A stretch of 64,000 nt of DNA from the sequence record LC494302.1. One strand, given 5' to 3'. Shown here one piece after another: positions 8,566 to 16,992 of this stretch. Numbering within the stretch: the first letter of the stretch is position 1; each line of letters starts with the position of its first letter. A program made the position numbers and the translations under genes. The notes below the pieces were generated by a model, which ran no database searches, had not been told where the DNA came from, and saw only the letters and a list, made by a program, of their open reading frames with translations.

Positions 8566-8650
8566 GGGGAAGCTCCTAGTGAACAACCTTTATGTACAGG
8601 CGAATTGTTAAAATTCAGCCTGGACAAATGCGATCACTAGGATTCTCCCC
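8566..8650 (+). other. long nested inverted repeat (structured RNA or DNA hairpin)
   Basis: GGGGA..TCCTAGTGA (8566-8582) pairs with TCACTAGGA..TCCCC (8634-8650); inner CAGGCGAATT/AATTCAGCCTG. Confidence 0.55.
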
Positions 8651-8947
8651 AGGCTAAACCCCGTAATCATAGGTAGTCATAAGTAATCATATATAAACAT
8701 TTATATGAGCACCGTAGAATCACAGAATGATTATATATGATTCAGTACTGATTAGTATAGACAAGAATGCTCAAGAATGCACGGGAAGGATTCAGAATGA
8801 TTCAGTACTGATATGCCACTAAGTAGGCAGAGGAAGTCTGCCGTACTTTGTAGTTTCCAAGCTCCTTTTCCATTTTGCAAATTACATCAAATGTAATCAA
8901 AAGTAATCACGCAATGATTAGTACTGAATTATTACTTTCACCTTAAT

Positions 8948-8991
8948 TTCAATTACCCCTTTACCCTTCGGGGTAAAATTCAATTACCCCT
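8948..8991. repeat. 13-bp direct repeat flanking a UUCG hairpin
   Basis: TTCAATTACCCCT at 8948-8960 and 8979-8991 around TTTACCC-TTCG-GGGTAAA (8960-8977). Confidence 0.7.
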
Positions 8992-9185
8992 TGAGGCTCC
9001 AGCAAAAAGTTGGTTAGTACTCCATCCTAAATCTGGATCGTAAAAAATTTGGAGTACCTATGAAATAAAAGTTGGATCTTCGAAAGTTGAAATTTACGTT
9101 GGGACATATAGGATTTGTGGGATATAATGAGTTTTGTAGCGATACAGATTATACGATTTCAGTACTGAATAATGAAAGAAAGCTA

Positions 9186-9213
9186 TTGACATTATGATTC
9201 AGTACTGTATAAT
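9186..9213 (+). promoter_or_regulatory. consensus sigma70 promoter with no downstream ORF
   Basis: TTGACA-N16-TATAAT, AGTACT in spacer. Confidence 0.8.
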
Positions 9214-9219
9214 GTTCTA

Positions 9220-9510
9220 CATAGGGTGATGAGTTGCTGCGAACAATTCATTTACTCTACCTCCTGTCGTGAGACAGTACAGAAAAGATAGTTCCTCCTG
9301 TGGTGGTACATCTTTTTGAACCTCATATGAAAATCGTAATAACAGTACTGATATTAACAGAATGGTGTCAGTACTGATTTTAATCTAAAGCATTATGCCA
9401 CCAGCACAAGTTGGTGGATTCCCTCTAACAGTATTCAGTACTACATGATAGTCTTCATCCTCCTAGGGTAACATAGTGAGGGCTATGATGGCAGTACTGA
9501 ATACTCCCTT
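9220..9510 (+). ncRNA. putative structured non-coding RNA
   Basis: Six consecutive hairpins (9222-9259, 9264-9277 with GUGA loop, 9283-9316, 9343-9376, 9398-9417, 9431-9504) after promoter 9186; no ORF. Confidence 0.45.
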
Positions 9511-9567
9511 TCAAAAGATAGATCTATGGTATAGTACTGACGGATTTTGGGTGTAGTTACCCTGGAT

Positions 9568-9727
9568 GGATTTTGGACGTAGATATGTCTAGCCCTCCAG
9601 AAGTCTGGAAGTAAAGATGGCTATCCATCTAGACGGCTAAACGGATAGATTTCTGGATGGCTGGATGGCTAGACGTTTGGACGGCTAAACGGCTAGATGG
9701 TTACACGTCTGGAAGTATAGACGGCTA
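9568..9727. repeat. degenerate 8-bp tandem array (GAYGGCTA-like)
   Basis: In-phase units GATGGCTA, GACGGCTA, AACGGCTA, GATGGTTA, GAAGTCTG; ~20 units. Confidence 0.7.
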
Positions 9728-9898
9728 AATCAAAATTTTATTTTGTTTTTTCCAATAGTTCCCCTACCGCGTGGGGATAGTTTCCCCGCAGTATCTGGAG
9801 TTAGATTTTTCTGAATCTGGAATCATTATCTTATAAACTGGGGGCAATGTCAACGGCCTGGACGGATATTTTTAAAAATTTTTTCAGTACTGAATTTT

Positions 9899-9945
9899 GG
9901 GCGTAACTATGCACCCGGTGGGCTTGAGTCTTTCTCGACTTGATG
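9899..9945 (-). ncRNA. putative small RNA, RCCCANNGGGTGC family
   Basis: Minus-strand TTGCTT-N16-TATAAT (9978-9951) then ...AGCCCACCGGGTGCATAGTTACGCCC; no ORF. Confidence 0.45.
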
Positions 9946-10067
9946 GAACTATTATACAGTACTGAAAAAATAAAGCAATACCCTGGAAGCAAAAAAGTTT
10001 TAATTAATTTGCTTGCTATCCTGGGCCGGACTATGGTACTATATTTCAGTACTGAGAAAGTGCGTTT

Positions 10068-10092
10068 ACCTGCTAGGGTGCGGGAGTGTATC
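10068..10092 (+). ncRNA. putative small RNA, RCCCANNGGGTGC family (variant)
   Basis: ACCTGCTAGGGTGCGGGAGTGTATC; weak promoter TTGCTT-N17-TATGGT at 10009. Confidence 0.35.
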
Positions 10093-10114
10093 CTTTTTTT
10101 ATATCTTGAATTTT

Positions 10115-10160
10115 GGGCGTAATTCCGCACCCTCTGGGGTTTCCGCTTTCTCGCGTCTAT
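10115..10160 (-). ncRNA. putative small RNA, RCCCANNGGGTGC family
   Basis: Minus-strand TTGACT-N16-TATAAT (10194-10167) then ...CCCCAGAGGGTGCGGAATTACGCCC. Confidence 0.45.
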
Positions 10161-10352
10161 GTAGTAATTATACGCTTTTTCAGGATCAAGTCAATACCTA
10201 AAAACAAAATAATTGAAAATAATTTAACGCGTTTAAACGGCCCGTAACGCCCTGGAATGATTAGAATGGTGCAAATGTATAGCTTAGGTGTATTAATGCG
10301 TTAGAATGCGTCTGAGGCCGTTTTATGGGGTGTAGTAGTGATTTGGTTGATT

Positions 10353-10439
10353 CAGTACTGAATAATAGTACTCCTATATAGAAAGATAGTTCCCCTGGAT
10401 GGTTGCAGTACTGAATAATAGTACTCCTATATAGAAAGA
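10353..10439. repeat. 34-bp direct repeat
   Basis: CAGTACTGAATAATAGTACTCCTATATAGAAAGA at 10353-10386 and 10406-10439. Confidence 0.85.
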
Positions 10440-10553
10440 AAACTATTTTAAAAGTATTTGTAGAAAGTACTTGCACCGTACTGATAAAAGCGTATAATGT
10501 TTTACATCGAGAGCGGGAACACTTCCCGCTACACATTAAGAGAGATTAAAACG

Positions 10554-10916
10554 ATGGCGACTCAAATCAATAAAATCATGCTTAACCTGGTAAACTTCCG
10601 CGATGAGATGAAAGGTCTTCCGGCTGAAACTGTAAAAATTCACATTGCAGCTTATCGGGAACTTATTGCAATGTTGCCGCTTAAGCGTGAACAATACGCC
10701 GCTACTTTGATGCTGGATTCAATGATCCATATAATGATCTCAAATGATTTAACGATGGTTTATCAGTACATGGGCGAAAATTTCGCGGTGTGTAGTAAGC
10801 CAGTACCAGGGATGGCAACAACTGAGGAATTGCACGGCTTAAACTTAAAACAAGATGCATGGGATAATATGCCTCGTTTCCTGGTATGGGCTGACAGTGG
10901 CAAAATTTACAAATAA
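10554..10916 (+). CDS. hypothetical early protein
   Basis: ATG 10554 after promoter/hairpin cassette. Confidence 0.8.
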   Translation: MATQINKIMLNLVNFRDEMKGLPAETVKIHIAAYRELIAMLPLKREQYAATLMLDSMIHIMISNDLTMVYQYMGENFAVCSKPVPGMATTEELHGLNLKQDAWDNMPRFLVWADSGKIYK

Positions 10917-11008
10917 GTTTAATAAAGTACTTGCAAACTATGTTTAATGGCGTATAATGTTTTACATCAGGTGGGGAATAGTTCCCCACTATATAAGAGG
11001 ATTAAAAA

Positions 11009-11248
11009 ATGGCTAAATCAAAAATGTTCTTAGGTCACAAAAACAAAACTCATTGGAATGTAAGCCTGTGGATTAATAACGATGAGGGATTGTATCGGTT
11101 GGCCCTGGACTTTATTGCCGCCAATACTAATCGCAATGATGCGGCCCGTCATATGATGTTATTTTTAGAACAGACTGGACAAGATAAAACACCGGACGGA
11201 TTCAAATATAGCACTACTGCGATCCGTGCGGCGATGGTTGGAATGTAA
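11009..11248 (+). CDS. hypothetical early protein (GHKNKTHWNVSLWINN family)
   Basis: SD GAGGA; paralog of 13050..13289. Confidence 0.85.
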   Translation: MAKSKMFLGHKNKTHWNVSLWINNDEGLYRLALDFIAANTNRNDAARHMMLFLEQTGQDKTPDGFKYSTTAIRAAMVGM

Positions 11249-11334
11249 TAGAATTTATTTAAAGTACTATCATTTTTTTGCGATAGTACTTTATAATAGT
11301 GTTTTATTCATACACCAACGATAAGGGCAACAGC

Positions 11335-11601
11335 ATGAATATTAAGTATTTTGCGACGCGTGAACAAGCTCGGATCGCCGCACGCCAGGACGGGGCAACG
11401 TTTAAAGATATGGGAGCGGGATCGGCAAGTGGTGAACGTTGGGCCATTGTAAAGCGTAGTACGGCCAGATCTTTACAGTACTGGTTAGCGGCCTTAAAAA
11501 GTCCCGATAGTGTATCGCGTCGAGTGGTAGAAATAAAGCTCGACCGAAAGGGCAACCGCGTGACCGTGTACCGTACTAAAAAGATTGCAGTACTTGAATA
11601 A
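11335..11601 (+). CDS. hypothetical early protein
   Basis: MNIKYFATREQAR...DRKGNRVTVY; paralog of 24367..24771. Confidence 0.8.
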   Translation: MNIKYFATREQARIAARQDGATFKDMGAGSASGERWAIVKRSTARSLQYWLAALKSPDSVSRRVVEIKLDRKGNRVTVYRTKKIAVLE

Positions 11602-11688
11602 AAAGTACTTGCAAACTATGTTTAATGGCGTATAATGTTTTACATCGAGAGCGGGAACACTTCCCGCCTATAACCTGGAGTAATAAAA

Positions 11689-11919
11689 ATGACTAATATG
11701 TATATGACTGAAGTTAAAACCGTAAAAGATACTACCACGAATAAAACTACTTACTTACAGCGGATCTGTGGTGTATGGCAACGTATCAGCAAATCAAAGT
11801 ACTTTAAATTAACATCATATGCAAATCGTTCGGATTCATTCAGTACTGAAATAAAAGGTAATAAAGTACACCAATACGGCACTTATTATTATTATAGCCT
11901 GGACGCGATTGCAGTATAA
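11689..11919 (+). CDS. hypothetical early protein
   Basis: SD GGAG; own promoter cassette. Confidence 0.8.
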   Translation: MTNMYMTEVKTVKDTTTNKTTYLQRICGVWQRISKSKYFKLTSYANRSDSFSTEIKGNKVHQYGTYYYYSLDAIAV

Positions 11920-11984
11920 GCAGTTTACAAATCTTTACAATTGCCGGTATTGACTTATTTTGTCAGTACTGGCATAATGTATTC

Positions 11985-12030
11985 ATTGGCAGATAAGCCG
12001 TAGCCCATAGGGTGCGGGAGTGTATCTATA
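11985..12030 (+). ncRNA. putative small RNA, RCCCANNGGGTGC family
   Basis: TTGACT-N17-CATAAT (11950) then GGCAGATAAGCC hairpin and GCCCATAGGGTGCGGGAGTGTATC (12003-12026). Confidence 0.5.
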
Positions 12031-12049
12031 GAAAAAGTAGTTTAGTATA

Positions 12050-12087
12050 GTTACAATTGTGCACCCGGTGGGTTAGCTGTTGTCATG
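12050..12087 (-). ncRNA. putative small RNA, RCCCANNGGGTGC family
   Basis: Minus-strand TTGACA-N17-CATAAT (12122-12094) then ACCCACCGGGTGCACAATTGTAAC. Confidence 0.5.
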
Positions 12088-12204
12088 GGGTATATTATGC
12101 CAGTACTTGATAATGCTGTCAATACTTTTTTTTTAATATTCAGTACTGAAAACTATTTTTAAAAAGTACTTGCAAACTATGTTTAAAGGCGTATAATGTT
12201 TTAC

Positions 12205-12279
12205 ATCAGGACGGGGAACGAAATAAGTAACTTCCCGTTAAGTAGCCCAGGAGTAAGGCACACGAAAAACTCCCCTGAT
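12205..12279 (+). ncRNA. putative three-way-junction RNA (TAAG-N4-ACGAAAAA loop family)
   Basis: ATCAGG/CCTGAT closing stem, ACGGG/CCCGT and GGAG/CTCC hairpins; directly after promoter 12170. Confidence 0.5.
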
Positions 12280-12347
12280 AAAATAGTTTGACAATTGTTT
12301 TTAAAAGCGTATAATACTTACATCAACTACTGAATGAGGGTTACAAA

Positions 12348-12959
12348 ATGAAAACTATCACTACTACTACTTATGTTATGGCTTTTTCTGAATTGAACGC
12401 AGAACAACAAACGTCAGCTATCGAACTGGTTCGGGAACGTGAAAAAAACTTAAACGATGATTATTTTTCTGAAAGTGAAATTGAATACTATAAAGAAACA
12501 GTACTACCGGAATATGGCATTAATGACGCTGAAATACAATTCAGTGGCTTTTGGTCCCAGGGTGACGGTGCATCAATCAGTACTGACCACGTTGACGCAG
12601 TGAAGTTTTTACGCAAGGTAAGAGCATTAACTAAGTATCGCTCAATCCGTCACTTGCTGAATGAAGATGATTTGGCGATGAGTGTAAAGCGTTCGCACTC
12701 CCACTACTCGCATGAGAATACTGTAAGCGGGTACATTGAATCGGCTTACACTGATTTAACCGCAAAACAAGAAACGTTAGTTAATGAGCTTGAGGAACTA
12801 CTCACTGAAACTATTCGTGAATTATCCCGCAAGTTGTACCGTGATTTAGAGAATGCATATGAGGATCAATTCACTACTGAAAACATTACGGCACTGATTG
12901 AGGGTAACGAATATCAATTCAATGTTATTGATGGAGTAGTAGAATCAATCGAATATTAA
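12348..12959 (+). CDS. conserved phage hypothetical protein (FSGFWSQGDGAS motif)
   Basis: 203 aa acidic; SD GAGG; motif recurs in phage proteins of unknown function. Confidence 0.85.
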   Translation: MKTITTTTYVMAFSELNAEQQTSAIELVREREKNLNDDYFSESEIEYYKETVLPEYGINDAEIQFSGFWSQGDGASISTDHVDAVKFLRKVRALTKYRSIRHLLNEDDLAMSVKRSHSHYSHENTVSGYIESAYTDLTAKQETLVNELEELLTETIRELSRKLYRDLENAYEDQFTTENITALIEGNEYQFNVIDGVVESIEY

Positions 12960-13049
12960 TTTAAAAAGTACTTGCAAACTAAGTTTAAAAGCGTATAATA
13001 CTTTATATCGAGGCGGGGAGTGGTTCCCCGCTCAAACGAGGATTTAAAA

Positions 13050-13289
13050 ATGGCTAGTACTAAAACTTACAACGGACACAAAAACAAAACTCATTGGAAT
13101 GTAAGCCTTTGGATTAATAACGGTGAGTCATTGTATCGGCTTGCTCAAAGTTGCATCGCACAAAGTAGAACTAAAGATATTGCTGCGGAATGTATGTACC
13201 GCAGATTAAAAGCCAACGGTACTACTACAACGCCGGACGGCTTTAAGTATAGCACTACTGCGATCCGTGCTGCAATGGTTGGAATGTAA
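13050..13289 (+). CDS. hypothetical early protein (GHKNKTHWNVSLWINN family)
   Basis: SD GAGGA; paralog of 11009..11248. Confidence 0.85.
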   Translation: MASTKTYNGHKNKTHWNVSLWINNGESLYRLAQSCIAQSRTKDIAAECMYRRLKANGTTTTPDGFKYSTTAIRAAMVGM

Positions 13290-13346
13290 TATTCAGTACT
13301 GAGATAATGGCGGGAACTATTACCCGCCTTTACTGAGGGTTATCTA

Positions 13347-13634
13347 ATGAGTAAAGTAATAAAGTACAATGTGTTAAGCAAATCATTGTCTATCAGTGAA
13401 TGCACCGATGGTTTTTGGATGTACGATGAAACGCGTGGCATGAATTTAGCTATGCGTGCAAAAACTGCTGAGGCGGCGTATATTCAAGCACTGGAATACT
13501 ACCAGGAACGTTTGAAGGAAGTAGAAGAAGATTATAAAAGCCTCAAAGCGAAAGTAGATCATTTCGTCGGTCAATTCGTGGAAGACAACGACGAGGACGG
13601 GCACTACTGCGACCGTTGCGGATCTTACAGTTAA
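13347..13634 (+). CDS. hypothetical protein, coiled coil with C-terminal CDRC
   Basis: SD GAGG. Confidence 0.8.
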   Translation: MSKVIKYNVLSKSLSISECTDGFWMYDETRGMNLAMRAKTAEAAYIQALEYYQERLKEVEEDYKSLKAKVDHFVGQFVEDNDEDGHYCDRCGSYS

Positions 13635-13651
13635 GTACTAAGGATTATATA

Positions 13652-13864
13652 ATGAGTGATTTAATTGAACGTATCAAAGAGCTTGAAGAAAAAGAATTGC
13701 AGTTGATCGGGTTACGGAATAAAGTATTCCATGATTTAGGTGGCTTTATTAATGCCTGGGATAGTGGCGATCCTGATGCGTTACCTGCTAACCGCCAGGC
13801 GATGATCAATGATGTGCGTGGTGTCTTTGATTATGTTTTAAAAGTACTAGACACTAAGCAATAA
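13652..13864 (+). CDS. hypothetical protein
   Basis: ATG 13652 after AAGGA. Confidence 0.75.
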   Translation: MSDLIERIKELEEKELQLIGLRNKVFHDLGGFINAWDSGDPDALPANRQAMINDVRGVFDYVLKVLDTKQ

Positions 13865-13925
13865 AGGCGTATAATACTTTATATTGGTACTGACAAACAT
13901 TATAAGCGATGCAGGAGCTTTAATC

Positions 13926-14111
13926 ATGACAACATTATCTGAGGTTATCCGCGATCAAGCTGCAAAGGCTGGAATGACTGTTATCAATGTAGGGATCAAG
14001 ATTGAGATCTCCCCTAACGAGTTGCAAGGGATTCCCGATCCTACTAGCTGGGATCGTGCTGGGCGAATGATGAGTAATGCTTCATTACTGGACGGTACAA
14101 AATTTAATTAA
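13926..14111 (+). CDS. hypothetical protein
   Basis: ATG 13926 after CAGGAG. Confidence 0.75.
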   Translation: MTTLSEVIRDQAAKAGMTVINVGIKIEISPNELQGIPDPTSWDRAGRMMSNASLLDGTKFN

Positions 14112-14196
14112 AAAGTACTTGCAATTAGTTTTCAGTACTGTATAATGGTTTACATCAAAGGGAGAAATGGTTCTCCCTGGTAATGAGGAAAATACA

Positions 14197-14418
14197 ATGG
14201 CTAATATCACTACTCTTTCCCAACTGGAAGCACTGGTTAAATCTATGCGGGAACATGCCGACAAAATCGGCGTACAAGATCCAGCCGTTTGCTTCTGCGA
14301 CGAATTGAATGATGATACACTGGTAATAGCAGAAGTCCAGGACGTTTCTAACTATTCCTCGCGTTACACTGGCGGCGTAGCAAATAAAGGTGACTTCTGT
14401 TTATACCTTACAAAATAA
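14197..14418 (+). CDS. hypothetical early protein
   Basis: ATG 14197 after GAGGA; own cassette. Confidence 0.8.
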   Translation: MANITTLSQLEALVKSMREHADKIGVQDPAVCFCDELNDDTLVIAEVQDVSNYSSRYTGGVANKGDFCLYLTK

Positions 14419-14423
14419 CAACG

Positions 14424-14453
14424 CGGGGAGATAATAACTCCCCGTTACTTTTT
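14424..14453 (+). terminator. intrinsic terminator
   Basis: CGGGGAG/CTCCCCG then TTACTTTTT. Confidence 0.6.
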
Positions 14454-14473
14454 CAGTACTGAATCATTTAATA

Positions 14474-14518
14474 GACGGATCTCGGCACCCGGTGGGTTAG
14501 TGACTGTTTCGTCTTGAT
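14474..14518 (-). ncRNA. putative small RNA, RCCCANNGGGTGC family
   Basis: Minus-strand TTGACA-N17-CATAAT (14553-14525) then ...CACTAACCCACCGGGTGCC. Confidence 0.45.
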
Positions 14519-14661
14519 GTAGTAATTATGCCAGTACTGGATGCACTTGTCAACAACTATTTTTCAAATACTTTTTATTAAAATACTTGCAATTAGTTTT
14601 TAAACGCGTATAATGTTTTGCATAGGGGGAGCGGTTCCCCTGGTAACTAAGGAATAATAAA

Positions 14662-14898
14662 ATGCTTGAACAAATCAAATCAACGTCTGCGAATGTAACG
14701 GGAACGGTTGTACACTTTACTAGTGATGAATCGCGGGGCGTTCCCTATTGTGCTGTACATGTAAACACTGATGGCAACTACTGGTTTACGGTTTACGGAT
14801 CATATTCATTTGGACGGCCAGGGCATCAAAAAATTCTGGATAAAGTACAACCAACGGGTAAAAATATCACTGCCGAAATGTTTTATAAAAAATCATAA
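14662..14898 (+). CDS. hypothetical early protein
   Basis: SD AAGGA; own cassette. Confidence 0.8.
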   Translation: MLEQIKSTSANVTGTVVHFTSDESRGVPYCAVHVNTDGNYWFTVYGSYSFGRPGHQKILDKVQPTGKNITAEMFYKKS

Positions 14899-14982
14899 AG
14901 TACTTGCAATTAGTTTTTAGTACTGTATAATATTTTACATCGCAAGGGGAAACGGTTTCCCCTGGTAACTAAGGATAATCAA

Positions 14983-15282
14983 ATGAAAATTGCAATCATC
15001 GCCCTGGCTTTATCTGTTTCCTCTTTCGCTGTTAATGCGTCGTTAGATGTAAGTAGTGAAAAATTCATTCAGTGCACTGTTGCAATGACCGATGAAAGAA
15101 CTGGCGAGATTGTATTAAAGGATTTAGAGATCCAGCCGGAAGCATTTAAAAACGGCCCGTTCCATGAAGAAGACGAAAACGGTAGCACGACAATTTATTA
15201 TGATGCCAGTTCCAAGCGTGGATCGGTCACTGTAATGGATACTGAGAAAGTAACACACACAGGCGTTATTAATTGCCGTTGA
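14983..15282 (+). CDS. putative exported protein
   Basis: Signal peptide-like MKIAIIALALSVSSFAVNA. Confidence 0.75.
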   Translation: MKIAIIALALSVSSFAVNASLDVSSEKFIQCTVAMTDERTGEIVLKDLEIQPEAFKNGPFHEEDENGSTTIYYDASSKRGSVTVMDTEKVTHTGVINCR

Positions 15283-15303
15283 TAGATACTACGGGGTAAC
15301 ATC

Positions 15304-15534
15304 ATGACTAAGCGAATTGTTTTACTTAACGAAAGCAGTACTACACAACTACTTAACGCCGTGCATTATGATATTGAAACGAGCGTTAATCTTATCAGTA
15401 CTGTAGTACTGTTGGACACTGGAAAGGTCGCCAATGATAAAGCGATTGCAGGTATATTAACGGATCTTGAGCCTGGTAGCAGTGCACCCATAACGTTAAA
15501 TGGTAAAGTGTTTAATATTTTACTCACTGATTAA
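15304..15534 (+). CDS. hypothetical protein
   Basis: ORF track; SD GGGG. Confidence 0.75.
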   Translation: MTKRIVLLNESSTTQLLNAVHYDIETSVNLISTVVLLDTGKVANDKAIAGILTDLEPGSSAPITLNGKVFNILLTD

Positions 15535-15540
15535 GTACAT

Positions 15541-15562
15541 AGCCCACCAGGTGGGCTTTTTT
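15541..15562 (+). terminator. intrinsic terminator
   Basis: AGCCCAC-CAG-GTGGGCT then T run. Confidence 0.8.
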
Positions 15563-15651
15563 GTTTTTATAGTATCGTAGTACTGAGATACTTTGAAAAT
15601 AGTTTTAAGAAAGTAGTTGACATTACCACAGAAAAGCGTAGAATGTATTAC

Positions 15652-15724
15652 ATCAAGACGGGGAGCACTAAGTAGACCGCCAGTAAGTCGAACGAAAAAC
15701 TGGACACGTCGAGAAAACTTTGAT
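15652..15724 (+). ncRNA. structured leader, TAAG-N4-ACGAAAAA loop family (third copy)
   Basis: CCAG-TAAGTCGAACGAAAAA-CTGG (15680-15703); GACG/CGTC and ATCAA/TTGAT stems. Confidence 0.45.
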
Positions 15725-15767
15725 ACACTAATAAACGTAAACTAAACTTTAATTGAGGATTTATAAA

Positions 15768-16250
15768 ATGGCTAATGTAAAATCATTCATCAAAGCACTG
15801 GTAGCAAATGAAACTAACGTCGCGGCTGAGATCCTGGCTGAACTGGATAACGATACCATGAAAGCGGTACGCAATAATTTTAACATCGCGTACAGTACTG
15901 CGAAAGAACTACAAGCAAATAAAGCGGCAGAAATTGAAGCGGCAAAGGCGGCCCGTGAAGCAGAACTACAAGCAACAATCGAAAGTATCCAGGCGGCGGT
16001 GTCTGGATTGGATCTGGAAGTGGTTGTGGAAATGGCACATAAAGCCCTGGCGGTTAAGTATGGTGAAGATAAGCCAGAATCTAAACCTAAAAAATGGATT
16101 CAAGAACGTGTTACTGTAGTACTTGATAACGGGGAAGAACATATGATTCCTGTACGCGGTAACTGCATTGCGGTAGTACTGGACGCTATCAAAGAAAGCG
16201 GTATGACTCGCGAGGAATGGATCGAAGCTCATCGCAAAGTTGAAGCATAA
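15768..16250 (+). CDS. H-NS-like protein (coiled coil plus H-NS-like C-terminal domain)
   Basis: VLDNGEEHMIPVRGNCIAVVLDAIKESGMTREEW aligns by eye with the H-NS C-terminus [35 protein letters not shown]; Ala/Glu/Lys coiled coil upstream. Confidence 0.5.
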   Translation: MANVKSFIKALVANETNVAAEILAELDNDTMKAVRNNFNIAYSTAKELQANKAAEIEAAKAAREAELQATIESIQAAVSGLDLEVVVEMAHKALAVKYGEDKPESKPKKWIQERVTVVLDNGEEHMIPVRGNCIAVVLDAIKESGMTREEWIEAHRKVEA

Positions 16251-16271
16251 CAATTAAAGTACTGAATCACT

Positions 16272-16298
16272 AGCCCACCTTAAACAGTGGGCTTTTTT
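16272..16298 (+). terminator. intrinsic terminator
   Basis: AGCCCAC/GTGGGCT then TTTTT. Confidence 0.8.
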
Positions 16299-16535
16299 GT
16301 GTCTGTAGTATTCCAGTCCACCAGCACCGCCTAGAATCGATTCTAACGCATTAAACTGATTATCTGATGCATTGCCCTAGCTGGTGGCGTGAAGGTCGTT
16401 AGAATGCGATTGAGAGCGTTTAAAGTATTTTGCAAAAAGTAATAAAAAGTACTTGCACGATTAAGAGATTAGCGTATAATGTTTTACATCGAGAGGGGGA
16501 AACGGTTCTCCTTCCAAATCAAAGGAATCAAAACA

Positions 16536-16763
16536 ATGGCTATTATCATTACTCGCGTATCTGGTACTACTGGCAACGAACAAGTAGTTGCAGTCATTAC
16601 CAACAAGGAAGGTGCGGAATTGCAAAATGCAATGAATACCTGGGCCGTTAATGAGTTCGGTCAGTGGGCAAGTGTAGCATACATTGAAACCTATCAAGTG
16701 CCGTCGATTAGTTTAACTGATTTGGGCGTTGAGCGTATCCTTTGCCTGGATGAATTAAATTAA
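16536..16763 (+). CDS. hypothetical early protein
   Basis: ATG 16536 after AAGGA. Confidence 0.8.
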   Translation: MAIIITRVSGTTGNEQVVAVITNKEGAELQNAMNTWAVNEFGQWASVAYIETYQVPSISLTDLGVERILCLDELN

Positions 16764-16848
16764 AAAAGTACTTGCAAAGTAAATCGAATAAAGTATAATA
16801 CATTACATCAAGGGGAGAAATGGTTCTCCCCACTACAAGGAAACTAAA

Positions 16849-16992
16849 ATGAAAACTTGTCAATGTGGTCAGAAATCTATTACGGGTTTAAAGCGGGGCG
16901 TTGCTCTTTGCCAGTACCATTATAATTTACAAGTATGGGGTAAAGAATGGGCCGACCAGGTGGAAGCAGCAAAGAAAGCAAAAAGTAAGTAA
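16849..16992 (+). CDS. small Cys/His (zinc-binding-like) protein
   Basis: Hand-translated 47 aa MKTCQCGQK...LCQYHY; SD AAGGA; own cassette. Confidence 0.7.
   Translation: MKTCQCGQKSITGLKRGVALCQYHYNLQVWGKEWADQVEAAKKAKSK

Noticed and set aside
9758-9779. GTTCCCC-N8-GGGGATA matches the ends and spacing of type I-E CRISPR repeats (possible solitary repeat or RNA anti-CRISPR)
   Set aside because: Single copy, inner stem imperfect, no AAACC/GAACC tail or dedicated promoter; GGGGA/TCCCC hairpins are ubiquitous in this genome, so chance similarity is likely.
9831-10536. ORFs 9831..10130, 9940..10122, 10013..10201, 10261..10536
   Set aside because: They overlap promoter and repeat elements, lack RBS and have no protein-like features; the region is best read as non-coding.
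12348-12959. Recollection that this family is sometimes labelled a toxin-antitoxin antitoxin
   Set aside because: No toxin partner nearby and no sequence evidence I can verify; left as hypothetical.
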